NCBI GenBank assembly: GCA_043825875.1
Contig: JBDRRF010000066.1
Span: 1-64,000 of the forward strand
DNA: 64,000 nucleotides
Reading direction: 5' to 3'
DNA from: Pseudomonadota bacterium
GTDB taxonomy: Bacteria; Desulfobacterota; Desulfobacteria; Desulfobacterales; RPRI01
Shown: positions 17,746 through 26,201 of the stretch, one piece after another
Layout: each line of letters starts with the position of its first letter
How positions within the stretch are numbered: the stretch's first letter is position 1
Notes under the pieces: generated by a model
The model's database searches: none
Told to the model about the DNA's origin: nothing
What the model saw: the letters and a program-made list of their open reading frames with translations, nothing else
Made by a program: the position numbers and the translations under genes

Positions 17746-20064
17746 CTAACTTGTTACTTTTAACACGTCATTTAATACTTTACTCAGTGCATTATCACCA
17801 AAAGGTTTTGGCATCATGCCTTTGAAACCATATTCACGAAAATTTGACATAATCGGATCATCAGAGTAACCACTTGACACAATGGCCTTTACTTCAGGAT
17901 CTATCTCAAGCAATATCTTTATTACATCCTTTCCTCCCATAGCACCGGGAATTGTCAAGTCCAGGATGACGGCATCATAGGGTTTTCCGGACTCCCAGGC
18001 TTTTTTATATAATGCAATCGCCTCATCACCATCTTTTGCGAACTCTGCTTCATATCCCAGCATATCCAGCATTTCTCCTATCATTAATCTTAAATATTTA
18101 TCATCATCCATTATAAGTATTTTACCCTTGCCTTTTAACAGGACAGATTCTTCTTTCAGCTGAATTTCTTTTCCGGAAGCAGGCAGGTAAATGTAAAATG
18201 TGGTTCCATAACCTAAACGAGAGTTTACCGATATGTGCCCGCCGTGCTTTTTGATAATAGAATAGGCTGTTGCAAGTCCGAGACCTATTCCCGTTTGCTT
18301 GGTTGAAAAATATGGATCAAATACCTTTGGAAGATACTTTTCATCTATGCCCATCCCATTATCCTTAATAGTAATCATGATGTATTTGCCCGGTTGTAAA
18401 GGGAGGCCATGCTTTTCTTCAATTAATTTATTTTCGGCACGAATCTGTATGATGCCACCATCCGGCATAGACTGGTTTGCATTTATAACAATATTGTTAA
18501 TAACCTGGCTTATCTGTCCAGTATCGATCTCAGCTGGCCGTAGGTCTTTTGCAATAGAGAAATCGCATCTCGATTTTGAGCCGGTCAATATAAAGCGGGA
18601 AGACTCTTCCAGAATTTTTGCAATTGAATAAACTTCCTTTACCGGTGCTCCACCTTTGGCAAAAGTCAACAATTGCATTGTTAGCGCCTGTGCCCTCTTA
18701 GAGGCAGCTTCCGTCGCACTCAGAAGATCAAATATCTTATGGTCGGATTTTATACTCATCTTGGCAAGGGAAATATTTCCTAAAATCACTGTCAGTATAT
18801 TATTAAAATCATGGGCTATGCCTCCTGCAAGAATACCGACTGATTCAAGTTTCTGAGACTTCTGAATATCTTCTTCCGTCTGTTTGCGCTCGGTGATGTT
18901 GTCGAACATCACAACAAAACACTCCTTACCAGGAGAATAGACCGAGAAGTCAAACCACATGTTCATGACGTTAACATAGTATTCGAAGCGCTCAGGCCGG
19001 CCGGTCAATGCCACAATGGCAAATCGTTCTAACAATTCAGGATCGGCTTTTTGGATACCGGGAATGACCTCTGAAACATTCTTACCGACAACATTCTTAA
19101 ATCCTGTCTGGTTTTGGAATGCGTTGTTGACAACAAGATAGACAAAGTCATGCGGTCGACCGTTCTCGAAAAGCATCCGGCAATACGCGAATCCCTCCAA
19201 CATATTTTCGAAAAGAGTCCGATAGCGCGTCTCGCTCTCACGAAGCGCTGTTTCTCTTACCTTTAAGGATTCAGCCATATTATTGAAAGCTTTTGCAAGT
19301 TCCCCTATTTCATCCTCTGTCTCAACAGGTACCGCCTCGACCACTCCTTCCATTCCTAATATTTTAACACTTTTAATTAATCTATTAAGAGGTTTTATTA
19401 TTCTATTTAATGCGATGTATGCAGTTGCAGAACCAATTATCAGGAAAACAATACCCATCAGGATGCTTTTAAATAAAATATCATTGAACTGCTTATGCAG
19501 CATTTCCTTATCCATCGTAATCTTGACAAATCCAATAAGACGGTCACTTCTCTGAAGGGGATTTTTAACAAAAAACATGGATTCTTCCACAAGGTGACCT
19601 GAGCTTGAGATTACAGGCGCCCAGAATTCTACATGGCTCTTATCCTCAAGATAAAAAGGGGAGAGAGACTCCCTCATTTTATCAAATATTTTTATTCTTC
19701 CTGATTCATCTCTATCACTTGGTTTTTCTGGAATTCTTGTTTTAAATCTTTCTTTACTCTTTAAAAGCTTCCCATCAAGATTGAACACAGAAACATCTAA
19801 GATATTTTCCTGTTGCAAAATTCCCTCAGCAGGACCCTCAAGCAGTTCTTTATTTTCCGAAAACACTCCAATCCTTGAGTTATAAGCAAGAACGCTTGCA
19901 AGTACTTTTCCATCTCTTATAAGATTGTCTGTGAGGGTGTTAATTTGGTTATGAATAAAGAGAGAAGTGAAAGAAACAGAAATAGCAAAGATAAAAAGGG
20001 TAATTGCAACAAAGACCTTTATGCGGAAATTTTCATTAATAATTTTAAGTAAATTCAAACTCAT
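17746..20064 (-). CDS. Hybrid sensor histidine kinase (periplasmic sensor, HAMP, PAS, HisKA, HATPase, REC)
   Basis: Two TM segments, DEIGELAKAFNNM HAMP, AGGIAHDFNNIL H-box, GLGLA G-box, receiver with ILDLT and KPF. Confidence 0.93.
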   Translation of the reverse strand: MSLNLLKIINENFRIKVFVAITLFIFAISVSFTSLFIHNQINTLTDNLIRDGKVLASVLAYNSRIGVFSENKELLEGPAEGILQQENILDVSVFNLDGKLLKSKERFKTRIPEKPSDRDESGRIKIFDKMRESLSPFYLEDKSHVEFWAPVISSSGHLVEESMFFVKNPLQRSDRLIGFVKITMDKEMLHKQFNDILFKSILMGIVFLIIGSATAYIALNRIIKPLNRLIKSVKILGMEGVVEAVPVETEDEIGELAKAFNNMAESLKVRETALRESETRYRTLFENMLEGFAYCRMLFENGRPHDFVYLVVNNAFQNQTGFKNVVGKNVSEVIPGIQKADPELLERFAIVALTGRPERFEYYVNVMNMWFDFSVYSPGKECFVVMFDNITERKQTEEDIQKSQKLESVGILAGGIAHDFNNILTVILGNISLAKMSIKSDHKIFDLLSATEAASKRAQALTMQLLTFAKGGAPVKEVYSIAKILEESSRFILTGSKSRCDFSIAKDLRPAEIDTGQISQVINNIVINANQSMPDGGIIQIRAENKLIEEKHGLPLQPGKYIMITIKDNGMGIDEKYLPKVFDPYFSTKQTGIGLGLATAYSIIKKHGGHISVNSRLGYGTTFYIYLPASGKEIQLKEESVLLKGKGKILIMDDDKYLRLMIGEMLDMLGYEAEFAKDGDEAIALYKKAWESGKPYDAVILDLTIPGAMGGKDVIKILLEIDPEVKAIVSSGYSDDPIMSNFREYGFKGMMPKPFGDNALSKVLNDVLKVTS

Positions 20065-20073
20065 TTCCTTCCT

Positions 20074-20976
20074 TTAGTCAATGATCCTTGCTTTCCTGAT
20101 AATATTTTCTTCAATATTAATTCCTAATTGTTTTGCTACATTAAGATTAATCGTTATAATTGCCTTTCTTGCATCTATCTGCTTACCATTCATTATATTA
20201 CTTCCTGAGAGTATCTTTTTAGCCACCTCTCCTGCCTGAGAACCCATATCAAAAGCATCTACACCTATAGACATAAGTGCTCCAACCTCCACATACTTTT
20301 CTGAAAAGGCAAGGATGGGGATTTTATTTTCAAGGGAGAAGAGAAGCATAAATTCAACTGTTTCAGGGGTAATCACCGTTAGATCCGGGAGTATCCAGAA
20401 GGCATCTATCTTTCCTTCCATATCTTTTATTAATTGAGGAACATCCTTAGAAATATAAACCTGCTTAGCAACCAGTTGAATACCAAGTTTTCCAGCGGCA
20501 TCTTTTGACTCTTTTGCAAGATGGCCTGTTCTATCTTTGTCATATAAAAGGCCGATAGCTTTTATTTCAGGCATTACGGATAGGAGAGTAGAAAGCTGCT
20601 CTTCCTGGGATATATTCATGCCGACACCGCTGATATTCTTTTCTCCTGAAAGTATGGACCATGGATTTAAGACCATGACATATATAACGGGAATATCTTT
20701 AATCCTTTTTACCTTCAAGAGTGCATTCACCCCTATTGCAAGAATCATATCAGGACTGATCTTATTGATTTCCCCTACAACATCTTTACCTTGCAATTCT
20801 GAGATGATTAGCCTTTTGATCCGGGCATCACAAGTATTTTTGAACCCCTCAATAGCATCTTCGTATGGCTGTACCCTGCTGCTTTGGACAACCACAACCT
20901 CTTGCCCGGCCCGGGCTAAACCCTGGCAAACAATTAAAAATAATATAATAACTAGTAAAGAAAGATTTCTTATCAC
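20074..20976 (-). CDS. Periplasmic ABC_sub_bind-type substrate-binding protein with no adjacent permease or ATPase
   Basis: Signal peptide; IGLLYD, DAFWILPD, GALMSIG, INLNVAKQLGI motifs. Confidence 0.85.
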   Translation of the reverse strand: MIRNLSLLVIILFLIVCQGLARAGQEVVVVQSSRVQPYEDAIEGFKNTCDARIKRLIISELQGKDVVGEINKISPDMILAIGVNALLKVKRIKDIPVIYVMVLNPWSILSGEKNISGVGMNISQEEQLSTLLSVMPEIKAIGLLYDKDRTGHLAKESKDAAGKLGIQLVAKQVYISKDVPQLIKDMEGKIDAFWILPDLTVITPETVEFMLLFSLENKIPILAFSEKYVEVGALMSIGVDAFDMGSQAGEVAKKILSGSNIMNGKQIDARKAIITINLNVAKQLGINIEENIIRKARIID

Positions 20977-21117
20977 AATATTATCATAAGTCAGCTTGGA
21001 ATTTGTAACAACGGCGCTTAGAGTTTTTATAAAGAAAATAAATTAATAACTTGAAAAAGATTAATAATGTTGCTAATAAATTATTAACATAAATTATTTG
21101 TTCTGAAAACTCTTTTT

Positions 21118-23091
21118 ATGAAGAAACCAGAAATGATTTATTCATGTAGCCATTTTCATAAAATATGCATCTTCTTGCTTTGTTTTGTCCTTACAATGAC
21201 TCCCTTTTGCGGGGCTTTCGCTGCCCAGTCTCAAGACGAAATGGATGTTCTTCGCCTGTTTTATAAGGAAAAAGACCTAGTTGTGTCTGCCACCAGGCAT
21301 CCTAAACCCATTTCCCAGGTTGCGGAAAACATCACGGTTGTCACTGCAAAAGAAATAGAGGAGATGAATGCCCATACTGTAGCGGAAGTCCTTGCAAGAA
21401 TTCCCGGCCTTTTTGTTGCTTTCAGCCAGGGCGCAGGAATCTTTGGCTCTACCTCCCTTACAAAAATTCAGGGTTCTGAAGACAGGCATGTTCTCGTCCA
21501 GGTTGATGGGGTAACCTGGAATTTTTTAAATAGCGGAGCCGCCGAAACCAATTCAATCCCTGTTGGCATTATAGAACGCATCGAGGTCATCAAAGGTCCC
21601 GCATCATCGGCCTGGGGCTCAGCTCTTGGCGGTGTGGTTAACATCATAACAAAGTCACCAGGAAGCGCAGAAAGACCTTCCGGTACCATAAGCGGCTCTT
21701 ATGGTGAGAAAAATACGCAGGATTACAGAGCCGAGATCTCGGGAAAAGAAGGGGTTATAGGCTATTATCTGTATGCCGGCAGGCAATATACCGAGGGTCA
21801 GATGCCTTCAATAGACTTTGATACCCATAGCTTTTATTCTAAATTTCATATCCCTTTTTCAGAAAATGTTGCGGTGGGTCTGAGTGCGGGATACAGCGAT
21901 CCGCAAAATGGCCTCGGCGATTTTGATAGTGGAGATTTCAGCTCAAAAAATAGCAGCCGCACATTTTTTACAACCGTCTCGCTTGATGCATCTCTTACCG
22001 GGGAGCTTGATTTCAACATATCCTTCCACCATTTCAAACAAAGAAGCGATATAGTAAATAATTTCCTTGGACTGGGAGGTTTCAGCACACCCGGTGAATT
22101 ATATTTAGATAGCCTTTATGATGAGAAAACTACGGGAGGAAGCGGCAAATTTGTATGGAAGTCCGGAAGGCACACCGCTGTTTTAGGTGTAGATGCTGAC
22201 AGGGGAAAGCTTGATCAGTCACTTACCTCAGGAGCACTTCTCCAATTATACGGCGCCCCGGCAGAATCGACTGTACATCCCGATGTCGAACGGTGGGCGG
22301 TATATATCAACGACACCATAGTAATCGACAGATTGTCAATCACACCCGGCATCCGGTATGATCATAACAGCATTACAGGCTCCTTTACAAGCCCCTCTCT
22401 GGGAGCTACCTATCGGCTTGGTGAAGATTCAATTTTAAGGGCTTCTGTAGCAAGAGGCTTTACCATACCTCCCCTTTCCTGGACCTCAGGTGGAGGATTG
22501 TTCCTTGATCCGAATTCGTCTCTTAAGCCCGAAAAAGTCTGGTCGTATCAAACAGGTTTAGAATCAACAGCTTTAAAGTACCTCTGGGCCAAGGCTACGG
22601 TGTTTCGCCATGATATAAAAGATGTCTTGAAAAAGGAGCCGTTTGCAGGAGGAGCGCCGGTATTTAATGACCTTTATATTAACAGCGGTTCAAGCAGGCG
22701 TCAGGGGATTGAACTTGAAGCCGAAACAGTCCCGGTGTATAATTTTTCTTGCCGGTCGGGATTTGCCTATGTGGATATAGATCCTGACAACGAGTTCGGA
22801 GCTTCCGAAATCTATTCCTGGAATATCATTTTTAAATATGATGACAAAAAATCCTTTCGTGCCCAGATCTTTGGCCATTATGTATGGTGGGACTTAGATC
22901 CTTCAGCTGGGGCAAGCTATGATGATTTAATCTGGGATTTAAACCTTAATAAAAAAATATGCTCTTACAAAAGAACTTCTACGGAAATATTTCTTACGGC
23001 TCATAACATCTTTAACGGGTCTCAATATACCTTTAGCGATATTCAAAACCCCGAAAGATGGGTTGAGGCCGGGTTGCGCTTTTCATTTTAA
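21118..23091 (+). CDS. TonB-dependent outer-membrane receptor
   Basis: Signal peptide, VVSATR TonB-box region, plug motif IERIEVIKGPASSAWGS...GGVVNIITK, C-terminal aromatic RFSF. Confidence 0.93.
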   Translation: MKKPEMIYSCSHFHKICIFLLCFVLTMTPFCGAFAAQSQDEMDVLRLFYKEKDLVVSATRHPKPISQVAENITVVTAKEIEEMNAHTVAEVLARIPGLFVAFSQGAGIFGSTSLTKIQGSEDRHVLVQVDGVTWNFLNSGAAETNSIPVGIIERIEVIKGPASSAWGSALGGVVNIITKSPGSAERPSGTISGSYGEKNTQDYRAEISGKEGVIGYYLYAGRQYTEGQMPSIDFDTHSFYSKFHIPFSENVAVGLSAGYSDPQNGLGDFDSGDFSSKNSSRTFFTTVSLDASLTGELDFNISFHHFKQRSDIVNNFLGLGGFSTPGELYLDSLYDEKTTGGSGKFVWKSGRHTAVLGVDADRGKLDQSLTSGALLQLYGAPAESTVHPDVERWAVYINDTIVIDRLSITPGIRYDHNSITGSFTSPSLGATYRLGEDSILRASVARGFTIPPLSWTSGGGLFLDPNSSLKPEKVWSYQTGLESTALKYLWAKATVFRHDIKDVLKKEPFAGGAPVFNDLYINSGSSRRQGIELEAETVPVYNFSCRSGFAYVDIDPDNEFGASEIYSWNIIFKYDDKKSFRAQIFGHYVWWDLDPSAGASYDDLIWDLNLNKKICSYKRTSTEIFLTAHNIFNGSQYTFSDIQNPERWVEAGLRFSF

Positions 23092-23154
23092 TGTTGCATA
23101 ACTGTTAAAGACGTGTTAAAAGCGATTCTATAAAAATCTTTAAACTTTCAGATG

Positions 23155-23241
23155 CATGCCGAACTCGATGAGCCTGCCCCGGTAAGATATAGGTCGGGGG
23201 TATCCAAAACATCTTAGATATAATGGATACTGGCGTTTGCC
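23155..23241. repeat. Degenerate REP-like palindromic element between the receptor and the peptide gene
   Basis: CCCCGG...TCGGGG hairpin plus GTATCCA...TGGATAC inverted repeat. Confidence 0.4.
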
Positions 23242-23319
23242 AATATTACAATATAAAAGCGTTTTTCGAAATTTTAATGATTCTTTAAACGAAAAGACAT
23301 CAAAAAAAGGAGGAAAGGC

Positions 23320-23445
23320 ATGAAAGAAGAAAAAGCAAAAGAAACTAAAGAAGAAATAATGGTACTTGATGAAGGTATTGATGTAGATGATACAGTCGAT
23401 ATGGGTATAATGTGTTGTTCCGGTGCATTAGCTCCTTTTAGATGA
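23320..23445 (+). CDS. Uncalled 41-aa RiPP precursor peptide (geopeptide-like) MKEEKAKETKEEIMVLDEGIDVDDTVDMGIMCCSGALAPFR
   Basis: Manual translation; AGGAGG RBS at 23308-13; acidic leader with VLDEG motif and C-terminal CC core; immediately upstream of a rSAM/SPASM gene. Confidence 0.88.
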   Translation: MKEEKAKETKEEIMVLDEGIDVDDTVDMGIMCCSGALAPFR

Positions 23446-23451
23446 TTAATC

Positions 23452-23496
23452 TTAACAAAAAGGAGCGGCAATAGCACTGCCTCTCCTTTTTGTTAA
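23452..23496 (+). terminator. Strong hairpin between precursor and maturase
   Basis: TTAACAAAAAGGAG-CGGCA...TGCCT-CTCCTTTTTGTTAA. Confidence 0.85.
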
Positions 23497-23511
23497 CTTT
23501 CTCTGGACACT

Positions 23512-24819
23512 ATGCTACTTTCCCGCTACCTCAAGGTATATCCTTACGGAGAAAGCGATGATGAATTGTTGCTTTTTTCTACCCGTAAGATGTCAAAAAT
23601 TCTCCTTAATAAAGAAACCTATCAGGCCATTGAAAATAACGGCGGGCTTTCTGCTTCAGATGAGGCTCTTTTATCAAAGCTTGGCATGATAGTTCATGAC
23701 CGGGAAGTGGAAAAGATAGACTTATTTAATTTTTTGGATGAACTTAATGTAAAAAATAACGGATTGCATGTCATAGTTGTCCTTAATTTGGACTGCAATT
23801 TTGCCTGCACATATTGTTATGAAGGGGGCATGAAGGGAAAGCTCTATATGTCAGATGAAACTGCGGATAATCTTGTAGATTTCATCAAAAATAATTTCCC
23901 TCCCCATAAAAAATCTCTTCTTATAGATTTTTTCGGAGGAGAGCCTCTTTTGAGCATTGACCTTATTAAACGTATTTCCCAAGCATTAAAGTCATTTATC
24001 GAAAGCAGAGGAGCCTCTTACAGCTTTACCCTTGTAACAAATGGTTCTCTCTTTACAAAAAAGACAGCAGAAGAATTAGTTGCATTAGGGCTTGAAGGCG
24101 TAAAAATAACTTTAGACGGCCCGGCCGAAACTCATAATCAATCAAGGCCTTTTAAATCGGGTGCCAAAAGCTTTGATACGCTCATTAAGAATATCAAAGA
24201 GACTTGCGATCTTGTAAAAATAGGCATAGGTGGAAATTTTACAAAGGAAAATTACGAAAAATTTCCTTTACTTCTTGATTATCTGGCAAGAGAAGGGCTA
24301 ACGCCGGATAAAATTGCCACGGTAAAGTTTGACCCTGTAATGAAACAGCCTGAAGGGAATTTTTCGCCTCCCGAATATGCAAGCGGCTGTACTTCAGTTA
24401 ATGAGCCATGGCTGATGGGTGTTGTTGCGTACTTGCGGGAAGAGATTTTAAAAAGAGGATACAATACGCAAAAGATTATGCCCATGACCTGCATGACAGA
24501 ATCTACAAACTCCTATGTGGTTAATTTCGATGGCGTTATTTACAAATGTCCGGGTTTTATTGGCAAAAAGGGCTATGATGTTGGGACTCTTTTGACAGGC
24601 GCAAAAGATTATGCTGCTTATAAGCCCACCATCTGGAAAAATGAGGAGTGTTCCGGTTGTGAGTATCTTCCTCTTTGTTACGGAGGATGCAGATATATGA
24701 CGTTTTTGCGCACTGGAACAATAGATACGGTGGATTGCCAAAAGGCCTACCTTGATGCCTCACTTGAAACATTGATCAAGCAGGACATTAAATATAAACT
24801 AAGAGCGGACAACCGTTGA
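23512..24819 (+). CDS. Radical SAM/SPASM peptide maturase (geopeptide-maturase-like)
   Basis: CNFACTYC, FFGGEPLL, TNG, TLDG; SPASM cysteines C...YKC...CSGC-x5-C-x3-C-x15-C; ~80-aa N-terminal extension resembling an RRE. Confidence 0.92.
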   Translation: MLLSRYLKVYPYGESDDELLLFSTRKMSKILLNKETYQAIENNGGLSASDEALLSKLGMIVHDREVEKIDLFNFLDELNVKNNGLHVIVVLNLDCNFACTYCYEGGMKGKLYMSDETADNLVDFIKNNFPPHKKSLLIDFFGGEPLLSIDLIKRISQALKSFIESRGASYSFTLVTNGSLFTKKTAEELVALGLEGVKITLDGPAETHNQSRPFKSGAKSFDTLIKNIKETCDLVKIGIGGNFTKENYEKFPLLLDYLAREGLTPDKIATVKFDPVMKQPEGNFSPPEYASGCTSVNEPWLMGVVAYLREEILKRGYNTQKIMPMTCMTESTNSYVVNFDGVIYKCPGFIGKKGYDVGTLLTGAKDYAAYKPTIWKNEECSGCEYLPLCYGGCRYMTFLRTGTIDTVDCQKAYLDASLETLIKQDIKYKLRADNR

Positions 24820-25391
24820 GCAAATTAAGAGCCTTAAATCTACTGATATTTACCACTGTCAGCTTTATGTGAACTGTTATATTCGAACCAATAGATCCCT
24901 TTGCAGAAAACCCTTTCTCTTTTTAACAGTCATATTCTAATGAAATTATCCTCTTTCTTTGCACGATTGTTCTTCAAACATATAAGTTGTCTCCAGGCAG
25001 CAGAACAACGCTGTTGTGTCTTTAAGTTATCAGGAGTAGAGGGGGTATTAGGGATACTCCACATATTTATAATTTATATGGTATATAAATGTTATGCAAA
25101 GATATTCTCAGATAGCCTCTCCTGGAGCCACCATATCATCGGTGAATTTACTTTCTACATATATTCCCTCCGACCCCAATATTCCCGCTGTGTCAACTAA
25201 TCCTTTTTAATCATATTTTGATTGCGCTTGGGTATCATTTTATTTGATGCAATTCTATACAAGTTGTGGCAGGCAATATTTTCTTGACATACTATCATTT
25301 TCTTTTATACTTTATACTTATAAAAGCAATATCTTATCTATTACAGGACATCCCCAATCGACAATGCAGCCACTTTAAAAAGAGGAACATC

Positions 25392-26198
25392 ATGTCAATT
25401 GTTACAATATCCAGAGGATCTTACAGCCGGGGAAAGGAAATTGCTGAAAAGCTGGCCGGAGCATTAGGCTATGAATGTATTTCCCGTGAAATTATCCTCG
25501 AAGCTTCCGAGCAGTTCAATATACCGGAAATAAAGCTTGTACGGGCAATCCATGATGCACCATCTGTTCTGGACCGCTTTTCCTATGGCAAGGAAAGATA
25601 TATTGCATTCTTCCGTGCGGCTTTTTTAAAACGCCTGCAAAAGGATAATCTTGTTTATCACGGCCTGGCCGGCCACGTCTTTGTGCAGAAAATCCCGCAT
25701 ATATTGAAAGTTCGCATTATCGCCAATCTGGAAGACCGGATAAACGAAGAAATGAAACGCGAAAATATTTCGGCTGAGCAGGCCCGTCAAATACTGGTCA
25801 AAGATGATGCCGAGCGCAGAAAATGGAGCATGGCGCTTTACAATTTAGACACATGGGACCAGCGGTTTTATGACATGACCCTGCATTTGGACACCATGGG
25901 CGTGGAAGACGCAGTTTCAACCATCCTTCATATACTTGAGCGCCCCTGCTTCCGAACAACTCCTAAAAGCCGGGAGCTGCTTGACAATCTGTCACTAAGT
26001 GCCCAGGCAGAGGCTGCCCTGGTAAATGAATTCCCGAAAGCAACTGTTGATGCCGGAAAGGGGGTTGTTTACATCAGTATCCGTGGATCTCTTGTTGATG
26101 AAAAAAGGATCAATACAAAAGTAAATCACCTAATCAAAAATGTTGCGGGTACTAAAAAAGTACACATCAACATTGTCCCGCATCATATAGAAGATTGA
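25392..26198 (+). CDS. Cytidylate-kinase-like family protein with C-terminal BON-like domain
   Basis: IVTISRGSYSRGKEIAEKLA, LKVRIIA, DDAERRKW; start MSIVTIS after AGAGGA. Confidence 0.8.
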   Translation: MSIVTISRGSYSRGKEIAEKLAGALGYECISREIILEASEQFNIPEIKLVRAIHDAPSVLDRFSYGKERYIAFFRAAFLKRLQKDNLVYHGLAGHVFVQKIPHILKVRIIANLEDRINEEMKRENISAEQARQILVKDDAERRKWSMALYNLDTWDQRFYDMTLHLDTMGVEDAVSTILHILERPCFRTTPKSRELLDNLSLSAQAEAALVNEFPKATVDAGKGVVYISIRGSLVDEKRINTKVNHLIKNVAGTKKVHINIVPHHIED

Positions 26199-26201
26199 TA
26201 T

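Noticed and set aside
23274..23477. 67-aa minus-strand ORF in the track
   Set aside because: Antisense shadow of the plus-strand precursor peptide, which has the RBS and the context.
23443..23496. TGA stop of the peptide as possible selenocysteine with a downstream hairpin as SECIS
   Set aside because: The hairpin is a terminator-type stem with a U-tract, and read-through would only translate the stem sequence.
24820..25200. 99-aa plus ORF and a possible degraded PilZ-like fragment on the minus strand
   Set aside because: No RBS for the plus ORF; the minus-strand fragment needs several frameshifts and the similarity is too weak.
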